This document shows positions 8,908 through 18,964 of a DNA stretch of 24,355 bases, in pieces. The notes beneath the pieces were generated by a model. That model worked only from the letters and a program-made list of their open reading frames with translations. It was not told the DNA's origin and searched no databases. The stretch is from a virus (Duplodnaviria; Caudoviricetes): positions 1 through 24,355 of the IMG/VR virus record IMGVR_UViG_3300025429_000083; one strand, 5' to 3'. Each line of letters starts with the position of its first letter. The first letter of the stretch is position 1. Position numbers and translations under genes: made by a program.

Positions 8908-9137
8908 TAACCCAAGAGCAAATTAGCGTAATTTATAAACTATATCCTAATGTAGTTCGTACAGTAGGTGATTTTGCTTATGATGCAGACGGCAATGAAG
9001 TATCTTACGATTTAGCCACAGTTACAGCACAGGCTGAAGCTGATGCACAAGATGCCATAGCTGCAAAGGCTTCTGCACTAGCTAAACTAACAGCATTAGG
9101 ACTAACACAAGCTGAAGTAACAGCATTAATAGGATAA
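8904..9137 (+). CDS. Small partner (putative chaperone) of module A2
   Basis: 77 aa, ATGA-coupled. Paralog of 6923-7177. Confidence 0.55.
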   Translation: MITQEQISVIYKLYPNVVRTVGDFAYDADGNEVSYDLATVTAQAEADAQDAIAAKASALAKLTALGLTQAEVTALIG

Positions 9138-9139
9138 AT

Positions 9140-9451
9140 ATGAATTATCAATGGAAAATATTAGAAGTCTTTGCTCAAGATGAAGTGATTACAGGATGCA
9201 AATATCATCTTGTAGGAACAGATGGTGAACTTTCAGTAGAAACTGAAGGTAATTATTACTTTAATGAACCAAGCGAAAAAGTGCCTTTTGCTGATGTAAC
9301 CGAACAAATGATAGCTGATTGGTTAGAGAAGGAAGCTATTTTTGATGGCAAAAATCATATAAAATTAGGTGTAGAAACGCAAATTAATGCTTTAAAAACG
9401 CATAAACCAATTGTAGCGCCTTGGTTATCAGATACTTTTACGGTGGAATAA
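9140..9451 (+). CDS. Fibre-associated hypothetical protein
   Basis: 103 aa, acidic, with W.I...[14 protein letters not shown]. Closes the fibre cluster. Confidence 0.6.
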   Translation: MNYQWKILEVFAQDEVITGCKYHLVGTDGELSVETEGNYYFNEPSEKVPFADVTEQMIADWLEKEAIFDGKNHIKLGVETQINALKTHKPIVAPWLSDTFTVE

Positions 9452-9452
9452 T

Positions 9453-10424
9453 ATGGCCCAGCCAATTGACATTATTAGCGGTGCATTAAAAGATATTGGC
9501 GCTTTAGCGGCTGGCGAAACACCAACTGCGGATTCTGTCCAAGATGCGTTTTTAATGTTAAACGATATGCTAGACCAATGGTCCAATGAATCCATGATGG
9601 TCAGCTATAAGACTGAAATCATATTCCCCATTACACCAGGTCAAATTCAATACACAATCGGTCCTGGTGGCACTATTGGGGCTAACTTTACCGGTTCTAT
9701 TACTGGAAACGTTTTAACTGTAACGGGTATTACCCAAGGTGCGTTGGCATTAGGGCAAACCCTAAGTGGAACAGGAATTGCAAATGGCACAACTATTACT
9801 GCGTTTGGTACAGGCGCCGGCGGGAATGTTAATGACAACGGCACATATACTGTTAGCATTAGCCAAACAGTTGCTTCAACTGCCATTAACGCTTATTATC
9901 AGCGCCCTCTTGCTATTCAGTCTAGCTTTGTGCGAATTAATACTAATAGTAACGGTACTCCTATTGTTAACGGGGGCTTGGACTATCCCGTTGCAGTCCT
10001 CAATCTTGAAAATTATGAAATGATTGGTTTAAAGACCTTATCAGGTCCTTGGCCAAAAGCCATGTATTACCAACCTAGTGACCCATTAGGCAATATTTTT
10101 GTATGGCCAAATCCATCCCAAGGTGAAATGCACATTTTTGCTGACACATTGTTTACACGTTATGGAACGGTATATGACAATATTGTGTTGCCACAAGGCT
10201 ACGTATTAGCCCTAAGATGGTGTCTTGCAGAACGTTTGGCACCTATGTATGGAAAAAATGACCCAACGGCTATGGCCATGATTAGCAAGTTTGCGGCACA
10301 AGCAAAAGCAACCTTGAAACGTACTAATATGCGCCCAATCCAAGCTTCAACATTTAGTGATGCTTTGTTGGTTGGACGTCAAAAAGATGCTGGATGGATA
10401 TTAACTGGCGGTTTCTTAAGATAA
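9453..10424 (+). CDS. Head-to-tail adaptor (P22 gp4-like) with inserted beta domain
   Basis: N-terminus [21 protein letters not shown]...LNDMLDQW and C-terminal [14 protein letters not shown] fit gp4-like adaptors. Lies directly upstream of the gp10-like gene. Confidence 0.7.
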   Translation: MAQPIDIISGALKDIGALAAGETPTADSVQDAFLMLNDMLDQWSNESMMVSYKTEIIFPITPGQIQYTIGPGGTIGANFTGSITGNVLTVTGITQGALALGQTLSGTGIANGTTITAFGTGAGGNVNDNGTYTVSISQTVASTAINAYYQRPLAIQSSFVRINTNSNGTPIVNGGLDYPVAVLNLENYEMIGLKTLSGPWPKAMYYQPSDPLGNIFVWPNPSQGEMHIFADTLFTRYGTVYDNIVLPQGYVLALRWCLAERLAPMYGKNDPTAMAMISKFAAQAKATLKRTNMRPIQASTFSDALLVGRQKDAGWILTGGFLR

Positions 10425-10434
10425 AAGGGGCTAT

Positions 10435-12552
10435 ATGCCGGATTTTGGATTTATTGGCCCATCATACGAAGCCCCGTCCATCTATCAAGATGCACAGGAA
10501 TGTATTAACTTTCGCCCTGAAATTGACCCATTAAAACAACCAGGTCAAAACGGGGTAGTAGCTTTGTACCCTACGCCTGGACTAACGGTTGCCGCCCAAT
10601 TATTTAATCAAGCAGAAGTACGTGGTATGCGTACCGTTTCTGGCGGTCAATATTGCGTTGCAGTATGCGGTCAATATGTATATGTTTTAACGTCTAGTTT
10701 AACGCCTACTCTAGTAGGTACTTTAAATAGTAGTTCTGGCCATGTAGGCATAACAGACAATGGACAATCTGTTTACATTACAGACGGTACTTATCGTTAC
10801 ACATGGCGTATTTCTAACCCAGCTTCAGCACAATTTGTTGGTTCAGTTACGGGTACAACGCTAACTGTCACATTAATGAAATCTGGCACGATTGCTGTAG
10901 GGCAACAATTATTTGGTATTGGCGTTACCCCAGAAACCATTATTACTGCACTTGGCACCGGTACTGGCGGGGTAGGCACATACACAATCAACCTTAGCCA
11001 AACTGAAGCATCAGAAGTGTTTAATTCTTCTGCTGTTGCCGCTAAGGTAACTGGTTCTATTTCTGGAAATATCTTGACAGTAACAGCCGTAGCAAACGGA
11101 ACGCTTTACCCAGGTCAAACTATTCAAGGTGCTGGCGTAACTGCTGGGACCATTATTACAGCTTTAGGCGGTTCTGCGGCTATTAGCTATAGCATTACGT
11201 CCGGTGGTTCAGGATATGCCGTAGGTGACACTATAACGGTTGTAGGCGGTATTTATAGCCAGCAAGCAACTTATACAGTTGCAAGCATTGGCGGTGGTGG
11301 TTCGGTTGCAACTTTAACAACGGTAAATTACGGCGTTTATACAGTTAATCCTGGAACTCCAGCCAGCACTACAACTAGCGGCAATGGTTCAGGGTTAACC
11401 CTTACATTAACGTTTGGTACTGGTACTGGTGGTACAGGTAGCTATGTAGTTAACGGTTCGCAAACCGTTGGTTCTGAAACCATGTACGCCCTTAACTTTA
11501 GCGTTTTGCCTAGTTCTGATGGCGCATTTAGCGGCGGTACAGTCGTTGATATTGTGGATAACTATTTTGTTTACAACCGACCAAACACGCAACAATACGG
11601 TTGTTCTAACATTCTATCCCCCATTTCCAGTCAATTAAACTTTAGTTCAAAAGACGGCGCACCGGATAATTTAGTATCTATTGTTGTATCTAATCGTGAA
11701 GTGTTTTTGTTAGGCGAAACTTCTTCTGAAGTTTGGATTGATGCTGGATTGTTCCCATTTCCATTTCAACGGATTCCGGGAACAAATACCCAGCATGGCA
11801 TTGCCGCCCCATTTAGCGCCGCCAGAATAGGTAATTCATTTGCTTATGTAAGCCGCAACATTCGTGGCCAAGCCCAAATAATGATGATGAACGGCTATGT
11901 ACCTACACGCATTTCTACCCATGCTGTAGAAAATACGCTAGTGGACCAATACATTGAAGATGCTATTGCCTATACATACCAATTAGAAGGCCATGAAGTA
12001 TATGTAGTAACGTTCCCAACAATTGATATAACTTGGGCATACGATATATCTACTGGAATGTGGCATAAATGGCTATCTGTTGATAACCAAAACGTATTCC
12101 ATCGGCATCGTTCTAATTGCCAAGCTAACTTCCAAAACATGAATTTAGTTGGTGATTACCAAAACGGTCTAATTTATATGTTGGACCAAAATAATTACAC
12201 CGACAATGGCAATGAAATACGCCGGGTTCGCAGATGCCCCCATCTGGTTAGTGATTACCAACGTGAATATTTCCACGAATTACAGATTTATTTTCAGCCA
12301 GGCGTAGGTTTGTCTAATGGCCTTGCGGCTAATGAAGTGCCACAAGCTATGTTGCGCTGGTCAGATGACGGTGGTTCAACTTGGTCTAATGAACATTGGA
12401 CTTCTATTGGTGTTCAGGGTGCCTATAAAAACCGTGCCATTTGGCGCAGATTAGGATTTGCACGGGATAGGGTATTTGAAGTTGTTGTAACCGACCCAGT
12501 TAAAGCAGTCATTATTGCCGCCAACCTCAAAGCAGATGCGGGGTCTAACTAA
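10435..12552 (+). CDS. Tail hub / packaged-DNA stabilisation protein (P22 gp10-like) with inserted domains
   Basis: 705 aa with LYPTPGL, DNYFV, LGETSSEVW, TWAYD..TGMWH and MLRWSDDGGSTWS...WRRLG..RDRVFEV, which I recognise as gp10-family patterns. Confidence 0.85.
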   Translation: MPDFGFIGPSYEAPSIYQDAQECINFRPEIDPLKQPGQNGVVALYPTPGLTVAAQLFNQAEVRGMRTVSGGQYCVAVCGQYVYVLTSSLTPTLVGTLNSSSGHVGITDNGQSVYITDGTYRYTWRISNPASAQFVGSVTGTTLTVTLMKSGTIAVGQQLFGIGVTPETIITALGTGTGGVGTYTINLSQTEASEVFNSSAVAAKVTGSISGNILTVTAVANGTLYPGQTIQGAGVTAGTIITALGGSAAISYSITSGGSGYAVGDTITVVGGIYSQQATYTVASIGGGGSVATLTTVNYGVYTVNPGTPASTTTSGNGSGLTLTLTFGTGTGGTGSYVVNGSQTVGSETMYALNFSVLPSSDGAFSGGTVVDIVDNYFVYNRPNTQQYGCSNILSPISSQLNFSSKDGAPDNLVSIVVSNREVFLLGETSSEVWIDAGLFPFPFQRIPGTNTQHGIAAPFSAARIGNSFAYVSRNIRGQAQIMMMNGYVPTRISTHAVENTLVDQYIEDAIAYTYQLEGHEVYVVTFPTIDITWAYDISTGMWHKWLSVDNQNVFHRHRSNCQANFQNMNLVGDYQNGLIYMLDQNNYTDNGNEIRRVRRCPHLVSDYQREYFHELQIYFQPGVGLSNGLAANEVPQAMLRWSDDGGSTWSNEHWTSIGVQGAYKNRAIWRRLGFARDRVFEVVVTDPVKAVIIAANLKADAGSN

Positions 12553-12797
12553 TGGCTACACAAAACAATGGAGTATGGACTAATACTCAAAGCAACCCTT
12601 ATCCCCAGTCGCCCATAGTTGATGAACAAACCAAGCGCCCAACACGTGCTTGGCAACAGTATTTTTTGAATTTGCTAAACTTTTCTTCAGCTACAACAGC
12701 TACAAAAGGTTCCGAAAATCTACCTTCTAATCCGGCTGGATTTATTAACATTACTGTTAATGGCCAACCAATGAAAGTGCCTTATTACAATCCATGA
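12552..12797 (+). CDS. Small tail protein (tail needle gp26 position)
   Basis: 81 aa, TAATG-coupled to the gp10-like gene. Function assigned from synteny only. Confidence 0.45.
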   Translation: MATQNNGVWTNTQSNPYPQSPIVDEQTKRPTRAWQQYFLNLLNFSSATTATKGSENLPSNPAGFINITVNGQPMKVPYYNP

Positions 12798-13267
12798 ACG
12801 AAATTATTGAACAATTAAATGCAAACGTTCCTAATAAAGAACAAATAGACCGTTTGCAAGAAGAAATATCAAAAATGCCACAAGCTAATGTGGTTACTGA
12901 ACATTATTTTTCAGATGGAATGTATTGCAGAAAAGTATTTAGAAGCGCTGGTACTTTGATTGTTGGCAAAGTTCATAAAAAAGAACATTTCTTTTTGTGT
13001 GCAAAAGGCGAAATTATAGCTTGGACAGAAAAAGGTATGAAAAAGCTGGTTGCCGGCGATATAATTGAGTGCAAAGTAGGGACTAAAAGGGTTACTTTAG
13101 CCACTATGGATTCTATTGGTGTAACTGTTCATAGAACAGATAAAACTGATTTAGATGATATTGAAGCTGAATTAATTGAACCTGACGAAAAGGCACTTTT
13201 TGATTCCGGCAACAATCTGAAAGACTGGGCATTAGAACTTCAGAATAAGTTATTGAAAGGTAATTAA
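12794..13267 (+). CDS. Cupin-like conserved phage protein
   Basis: H.FSDGMY.R.....G...VGKVHKKEH motif. Located between tail and ejection genes. Confidence 0.55.
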   Translation: MNEIIEQLNANVPNKEQIDRLQEEISKMPQANVVTEHYFSDGMYCRKVFRSAGTLIVGKVHKKEHFFLCAKGEIIAWTEKGMKKLVAGDIIECKVGTKRVTLATMDSIGVTVHRTDKTDLDDIEAELIEPDEKALFDSGNNLKDWALELQNKLLKGN

Positions 13268-13268
13268 T

Positions 13269-13958
13269 ATGTCATTTATAGCCGCCGCCGCAATTGTAGG
13301 GGGAACTACCCTAGTTGGGGCATATATGTCATCCCAAGCTTCACAAAATGCCGCTGGTCAATACGCCAATGCCGCTAATCAAGGTATTCAATACAACGAA
13401 CAAATGTATAACAACATTTTGGGCCAAAATCAGCCATACATGAACGCTGGTCAAACTGGACTTGGACTTTATACAAATTTGGCTAATAGCGGTTATTTGA
13501 CTGCTAATCCAACAATGAACGATTTAACTGCTTTAATGCCAAATTATCAATTTGGATTAACTCAAGGTATAGGTCAAACAAATGCACAAATTAATGCTGG
13601 CGGTGGTTATTTAAGCGGCAATGAAATCCAAGGCGCTAATACTTTTGCCCAAAATTATGCTGGAAATGCTTTACAAAACGCATTTAACAATTATCAAGTT
13701 AACCGTTCAAACGTAGTTAGCAACGTAAATGCTTTAACTGGTATTGGTACTCAAGCAAATCAAACGGTTGCAAATGCGGCCGCTGGTACTTCTGCAAACG
13801 TTTCTAATACGCTTTCATCAATTGGTAATGCACAAGCGGCTGGAACTATGGGTTCTGCTAATGCTTACACAAGCGGTTTAAACAATATTAGCAACTACGC
13901 TATGTTGTATGGTTTAAATAAAATGAACACGCCAACCCCAACGCCTGTACCGGTTTAA
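13269..13958 (+). CDS. DNA ejection protein (P22 gp7-like)
   Basis: 229 aa, N/A/G/Q-rich with a hydrophobic N-terminus and P.YQF...QG motif. First of three ejection-position genes. Confidence 0.7.
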   Translation: MSFIAAAAIVGGTTLVGAYMSSQASQNAAGQYANAANQGIQYNEQMYNNILGQNQPYMNAGQTGLGLYTNLANSGYLTANPTMNDLTALMPNYQFGLTQGIGQTNAQINAGGGYLSGNEIQGANTFAQNYAGNALQNAFNNYQVNRSNVVSNVNALTGIGTQANQTVANAAAGTSANVSNTLSSIGNAQAAGTMGSANAYTSGLNNISNYAMLYGLNKMNTPTPTPVPV

Positions 13959-13969
13959 TAGGAAATAAT

Positions 13970-15421
13970 ATGGCTGAATTTACTACGGATTTAAATCCAA
14001 AATCAAATTATATGTCGCTTGGCGATATGATGAAAATGGGTCTTTACGGGGCTGAAACACAAATTGCCCAACGTGAAGCACAAATGGCTCATGCAAAGGC
14101 TAAAGAATTGCCATTGGTACAAAGCTTTTTATCTGGTCCTGATAGCAAAGATGAAAATGGACAATATGATTTGGACAAAGTAAATACTGTATTGCCTACT
14201 ATTGCCCCTATTAGCGGCCCTGATTATGCAAGCAAAATTAATGGTTTAGTTAAAAACCATACTGAAGCTACCAAAGCCAAAATGGATTTATCCAATACAG
14301 CACGTGGCGTTATGGGTTCTTTTTATGGCGCACACGCCGCCGCTGGTACACAAGACCCAGAAGAAGTTAAAAAAGGCATGATTCATCTTGCTGAACAAAT
14401 GCCAGAATTAAAACCTTACATTGCACCAGCTTTACGTAATTTAGAAAATGTTCCGGCTGGACAAGCTTTTAACAAAGCTTTGTATCAAGCACGTAATGAA
14501 TTTATGTCAACACCGCAACAAATTGAAGCATTTGCACCTAAAGCTGGAATGTCTAAAATTGGTGGTGCAGACGTTCCAATTGTTACAAGACCATCTGTTA
14601 TGGGTGAAGCACCTAGTGTTACCCCAACGCAGTTTGGTAGCGGTACTGGTGGATATAGTGCTGGTGGCACAACAGGTGCTACAGCACCTAAACCAACAAC
14701 GGAAGAAACTGGAAAACGTATGCCAGCTATTGTTAACTATGGTGCTGGTCTTAAATATACTCAAGACCCTTCATGGTTTAATCTTAATGATGCCCAGAAA
14801 AAAGTCTATGACAAAGGCGATGAAATGGTTAATTCTATTGGTGCTGGTCTTAAAGCGGCCAAAGATATTCAGCAACCAATTCGCAAAGTTGAAGAATACA
14901 TTAATAGCGCAAGTGGTTCTAAGCTTTATCAAACTTTACAAGCTGGCGGTAAATACGCATGGGGCAATTCTGATTTAGATTCATTAGTCAAAAACGTTGC
15001 TTCAATTCAAGCTAGAAATGCTGAAGTTATGGGATTGTCAAAAACTGACCATATGCAAGATTTAAACGCTAAATTAAGTGGTAGTGAAAAAATTGACCCT
15101 AAAGCATTGGCTGGTGTTATGCAACAAGTTAAAGCTGATGCCGTGGCTGCTGAAAAATATAACAACGGATTGCAAAAATTTGTTGAAAAGCATGGCGATA
15201 TTAATGGCCGTATTTTGGCAACTAAATTCCAACAAGCTTGGGCAGAAAATTATGACCCACGTATTTTCCAACAACAAGACATTGAAAATTCCAATTTGCC
15301 AGAAATTGATAAGCAAAGACGTATTGCAGAACTTCATTCAACAATGACAAAAGATGAATATAAAGAACTCGACAATAAAGCTAAAGTTCTTTACCGTTTA
15401 GAAAAAGGTCTATATCAATAA
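13970..15421 (+). CDS. DNA ejection protein (gp20 position)
   Basis: 483 aa, helical composition. Assigned from synteny. Confidence 0.55.
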   Translation: MAEFTTDLNPKSNYMSLGDMMKMGLYGAETQIAQREAQMAHAKAKELPLVQSFLSGPDSKDENGQYDLDKVNTVLPTIAPISGPDYASKINGLVKNHTEATKAKMDLSNTARGVMGSFYGAHAAAGTQDPEEVKKGMIHLAEQMPELKPYIAPALRNLENVPAGQAFNKALYQARNEFMSTPQQIEAFAPKAGMSKIGGADVPIVTRPSVMGEAPSVTPTQFGSGTGGYSAGGTTGATAPKPTTEETGKRMPAIVNYGAGLKYTQDPSWFNLNDAQKKVYDKGDEMVNSIGAGLKAAKDIQQPIRKVEEYINSASGSKLYQTLQAGGKYAWGNSDLDSLVKNVASIQARNAEVMGLSKTDHMQDLNAKLSGSEKIDPKALAGVMQQVKADAVAAEKYNNGLQKFVEKHGDINGRILATKFQQAWAENYDPRIFQQQDIENSNLPEIDKQRRIAELHSTMTKDEYKELDNKAKVLYRLEKGLYQ

Positions 15422-17451
15422 TGGCTGACCCAACATTAGATGATGACATTCCGGGGTTTAAAACACCCTATTCTGGTACTGATAAAGTTGGCGTTACCGT
15501 AGGGCCAGCGCCGGCTTCTTTTGCCAATGCTAAACCTATTTCAGTAAGTACGGCACAAGGTCCAGATATTTCCGACCTTCAGCCTGACCTTAAAGAACGT
15601 GTTGATGCGTTGCGGGAATTGTGGAAAAACAATAAAGAATTAAACCCAAAAGGCGAAGATTTGCCTATTACTAGCGGTTATAGAACTAAAGAACAGCAAC
15701 GTCAGCTTTATTTAGACCGCATTAAAAATCCTAATTTAGTAGCGGAACCTGGCAAAAGCCGTCATGAAAAAGGTGATGCAATTGACATTCACCCACGGGT
15801 TCCAGACTTATTATTAAATCAAGTAGGTTTGCACCGTCCATATGGCGCTAAAGACCCAGTTCATGTTCAAATTAATCCAGATTTGCCTTATGAACCAACC
15901 CCATATGACGTAGAAGCAGACACGGATGTACCTGGCTTTAAATCTACATACAATCCCAAAGGGCCTACTGCCGCACAAGAAATGGGTGCCATGTATGAAG
16001 AAGTTAAGAAAGCCCCTGGCAACCTAGCTAAAACATTTGCTTCTGCCGCTGATACAGTTTTAAATGCTATTCCGGCTACAGCCCAATTTGTTGCAGAACC
16101 AGTAGCTAAATTAATTGACCGTATTGGTGATACTAAAGTTGCAGAAGAAGCATTGCAAAAAGCAACTAGCTATTTTGATAGACCAGTTGGCAAAGCTTTT
16201 GGAATTACTAAAGACCCTGTTTATAACGCTGAAGCTACCCATCAAATTATGGATTACGTTGGTGAACACGCTGACCGTGGCGCCCAATGGATTGCTGATA
16301 ATACTGGTATGGATAAGTCAGATGCCGCATGGTTTATTAATGCCGCCGCACTTAAGGCCGCACCATATGTAGCACGTGGCGCTAAAGCTACTGCCGCCAA
16401 AATTGGTGAAGTTGCAACTGCTGAAAACGCTGGCAATTTGCTTTCTGAAATAAGTGGCAAATTAACTTCTGCAAGCCCATATAACACTAAACGTGCGTAT
16501 GCGGCTGGATTTGAAAAGAACCCAGCAATTTTACGTTATTCAAAAGAAGGTGAAGTTTCAGCACCGGATGTTGTAAGTAATGTACGCCAAGCATTACAAA
16601 ATGTTAAAGAAAATAGAAAACAAGCGTATCAACAAGGTATTCAAACAACCAAAGGCAATCAAGTCTTTTTAGACTTTAAACCTATTCGTGAAGCATTTAA
16701 TGAAACTTTGGAATCGCTTAAATCTAAAGGTGTTGGTGGCGTAGAAGCTTCCAAGGCTGGCCCTGAAACAATGGGTAAAGTAAAAGAAATTGAAGCTATT
16801 TTGAACGAATGGGAATCAAAGCCTGAACTTCATACTGCGGGTGGTTTAGATGACCTTAAACAAAGATTGGATGATGTTTATTCCCAAAGCATGACTGACC
16901 AAGCCAAACGCATATTAAGCACAACACGTAACAAAGTTAAAGAAACCATTGTTAAGCAAGACAAGAATTATGAAAAAACAATGGCTGATTATGAAAAAGG
17001 CCTTGAATTAGAACGTGAAATTGAAAAAGCTTTAAGTCTTGGCGACAAAACTGGTGTTGATACCACAATTCGTAAACTTGCCCAAGTATTTTCAAACAAA
17101 AGCACGTTAAGCAAACAATACCGTTTAGAACTATTGCAAGAACTTGAAAAAGTGGGTGGCAAAGACGTTATTGATAAGCTTGTTGGCTATGCTATGGGTC
17201 AAACCACTCCAGGTGGTTTACAAATGATAGCTGACGTATTAGTTGGAACTGGCGCACATTTTCTTGGAAGTCCAGAAGCGGCGGCAACAACTATAGCAAC
17301 TTTAGCGGCCGCACAAAGTCCTAAAGCGGCCTTGTATAGTGCCTATGGTGCCGGACGTACTGCACGTGCATTAAGTGATGTTGGGGCCAATGTAAAATCC
17401 CAAGTTGCTAAGGGTAAAACAAAATTAAGTGAATTAACTTCTAGGAAATAA
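15421..17451 (+). CDS. DNA ejection protein (gp16 position) with N-terminal M15 zinc peptidase domain
   Basis: ITSGYRT.EQQ..LY, PGKSRHEKGDAIDI (H-x6-D) and DPVHVQ match peptidase M15 zinc-ligand spacing. The remainder is a helical body. Confidence 0.7.
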   Translation: MADPTLDDDIPGFKTPYSGTDKVGVTVGPAPASFANAKPISVSTAQGPDISDLQPDLKERVDALRELWKNNKELNPKGEDLPITSGYRTKEQQRQLYLDRIKNPNLVAEPGKSRHEKGDAIDIHPRVPDLLLNQVGLHRPYGAKDPVHVQINPDLPYEPTPYDVEADTDVPGFKSTYNPKGPTAAQEMGAMYEEVKKAPGNLAKTFASAADTVLNAIPATAQFVAEPVAKLIDRIGDTKVAEEALQKATSYFDRPVGKAFGITKDPVYNAEATHQIMDYVGEHADRGAQWIADNTGMDKSDAAWFINAAALKAAPYVARGAKATAAKIGEVATAENAGNLLSEISGKLTSASPYNTKRAYAAGFEKNPAILRYSKEGEVSAPDVVSNVRQALQNVKENRKQAYQQGIQTTKGNQVFLDFKPIREAFNETLESLKSKGVGGVEASKAGPETMGKVKEIEAILNEWESKPELHTAGGLDDLKQRLDDVYSQSMTDQAKRILSTTRNKVKETIVKQDKNYEKTMADYEKGLELEREIEKALSLGDKTGVDTTIRKLAQVFSNKSTLSKQYRLELLQELEKVGGKDVIDKLVGYAMGQTTPGGLQMIADVLVGTGAHFLGSPEAAATTIATLAAAQSPKAALYSAYGAGRTARALSDVGANVKSQVAKGKTKLSELTSRK

Positions 17452-17453
17452 CT

Positions 17454-18158
17454 ATGGCAAGCGTACTTTTATCCCCAGTTGGTAATGGCCAACAATTTTT
17501 TGATAACAACGGTGTGCCATTAAACGGTGGACTAATTTATCAATATCAGGCTGGTTCTAGCACTTTATTGACAACTTACACTACCAACAACGGTACAGTT
17601 GCTAATCCCAATCCTATTGTTTTGGATTCTAGCGGTCGCACCCCAAATGAAATTTGGATGCAAACAGGTTACAGTTATAAATTTGTAATTCAAACTTCTA
17701 CTGGCACTACGTTACAAACCTTAGATAATTTATATCCAATTTTGCAAAATGCGCCATCTAGCGCACCAGCATTACCAACTGGCGCTATCATTTTTTGGTC
17801 AGGAAGTATTGGTTCTATTCCTTCAGGTTATGTGCTTTGTGATGGTACAAATTCAACACCTGACTTACGTGACCGATTTGTAATTGCCGCCGGTAATAAT
17901 TATGCAGTTGGCGCAACTGGTGGTTCTGCTGATGCAATTGTAGTAAGCCATACACATAGCATTAATGACCCAGGCCACGTTCACGGAATTTTTAGTACAA
18001 CTATTGCTGGACAACCAGGTAATCAAGTTGGTGTAAGAAGCGGAAGTCAAACTACAGATACCGCATTTACAGGTATTTCTATTAATACTGCCGGTGTAAG
18101 CGGAACTAATGCTAATCTTCCACCATACTACGCATTAGCGTACATCATGAAAACATAA
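17454..18158 (+). CDS. Tail spike/short fibre: virion-binding N-terminal domain plus tail-collar domain
   Basis: N-terminal QFFDNNG.PL.GG.IY.Y.AG...NPI.LD..GR, then collar pattern P.GAI.FW.G....PSGY.LCDG...PDLRDRF and C-terminal NLPPYYALAYIMK. Confidence 0.75.
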   Translation: MASVLLSPVGNGQQFFDNNGVPLNGGLIYQYQAGSSTLLTTYTTNNGTVANPNPIVLDSSGRTPNEIWMQTGYSYKFVIQTSTGTTLQTLDNLYPILQNAPSSAPALPTGAIIFWSGSIGSIPSGYVLCDGTNSTPDLRDRFVIAAGNNYAVGATGGSADAIVVSHTHSINDPGHVHGIFSTTIAGQPGNQVGVRSGSQTTDTAFTGISINTAGVSGTNANLPPYYALAYIMKT

Positions 18159-18168
18159 TAGGTGATGT

Positions 18169-18378
18169 ATGGTAGATATTGACCCAGTTAAAGTCGGTGT
18201 AATGTGGCAAAAAGTTGAAGCAATGGAACGTGAAATGAACGAAATGCGCCATGATATCAAAACCCTTTTAGCTATGGCAGAACGTTCTAAAGGTTCTTTA
18301 TGGGCTTTAATGGGAGTAGCATCTGTAGTCGGTGGCTTTATTACTATTATTGTTGATGTATTTTTAAATAAAAAATGA
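18169..18378 (+). CDS. Lysis-region membrane protein (coiled coil plus one TM; holin/antiholin candidate)
   Basis: 69 aa with hydrophobic LWALMGVASVVGGFITIIVDVFL. SD TAGGTGA. Confidence 0.55.
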   Translation: MVDIDPVKVGVMWQKVEAMEREMNEMRHDIKTLLAMAERSKGSLWALMGVASVVGGFITIIVDVFLNKK

Positions 18379-18731
18379 ACGAACAACTTGAATCCGCAAA
18401 AGAAGTAGCTGGCAAATCTATTGGGCAACATGGATTGGCTTACATTACAGCAATTATTGTCATCAGCGTTGCCGCAAGCATATTTTTAGATTCTTCTAAA
18501 ATTGCCGCTGTTATTGGTATGGCTGGCGGTGCGATTATGGCTATCATCAATATGATGAACGCAGTATCAGGGACTACGGAAAAAGAAGAAAAACCTGAAT
18601 TTGCTGTTATTCAAAATTTGATTGAAAAATTAGACCATTTAGCTGACAAAGAACCCCCAATGTCTGTAACTGTTGATGGCGATAAAGTTACTGTTACCAA
18701 AGGTTCAGATACTATTACTACAAAAAAATGA
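18375..18731 (+). CDS. Two-TM membrane protein (holin candidate)
   Basis: 118 aa with two hydrophobic segments and a charged C-terminal tail. ATGA-coupled. Confidence 0.5.
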   Translation: MNEQLESAKEVAGKSIGQHGLAYITAIIVISVAASIFLDSSKIAAVIGMAGGAIMAIINMMNAVSGTTEKEEKPEFAVIQNLIEKLDHLADKEPPMSVTVDGDKVTVTKGSDTITTKK

Positions 18732-18964
18732 ACGAAATCTTTACCCATATTCTTACAGGCAAAGATAATCAAACCCACGACATTGCACGTTGGGCATGGA
18801 TGCTTGGTTTTTTGGTGGTTTCGGGTGCCGCAATTTATTTAATTTATTCTGGCAAAGAAATTAGTCTTACAGAACTAGCTGGCGCACTTGGCATTGTTTC
18901 AGGTTCCGGTGCCGCCGCCGTAGCTGGTAAACACATGGCTGGTGCTGAACCAGAACAACAATGA
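18728..18964 (+). CDS. Two-TM membrane protein (holin candidate)
   Basis: 78 aa with two hydrophobic segments, directly before the spanin. Confidence 0.55.
   Translation: MNEIFTHILTGKDNQTHDIARWAWMLGFLVVSGAAIYLIYSGKEISLTELAGALGIVSGSGAAAVAGKHMAGAEPEQQ

Noticed and set aside
14448-16372. Alternative-frame + ORFs 14448-14978, 15078-15347 and 16115-16372 (also 9766-10023)
   Set aside because: Their L/V/K/Q-rich composition is what a shifted frame of A/T-ending codons gives. Unlike Rz1, they show no motif.
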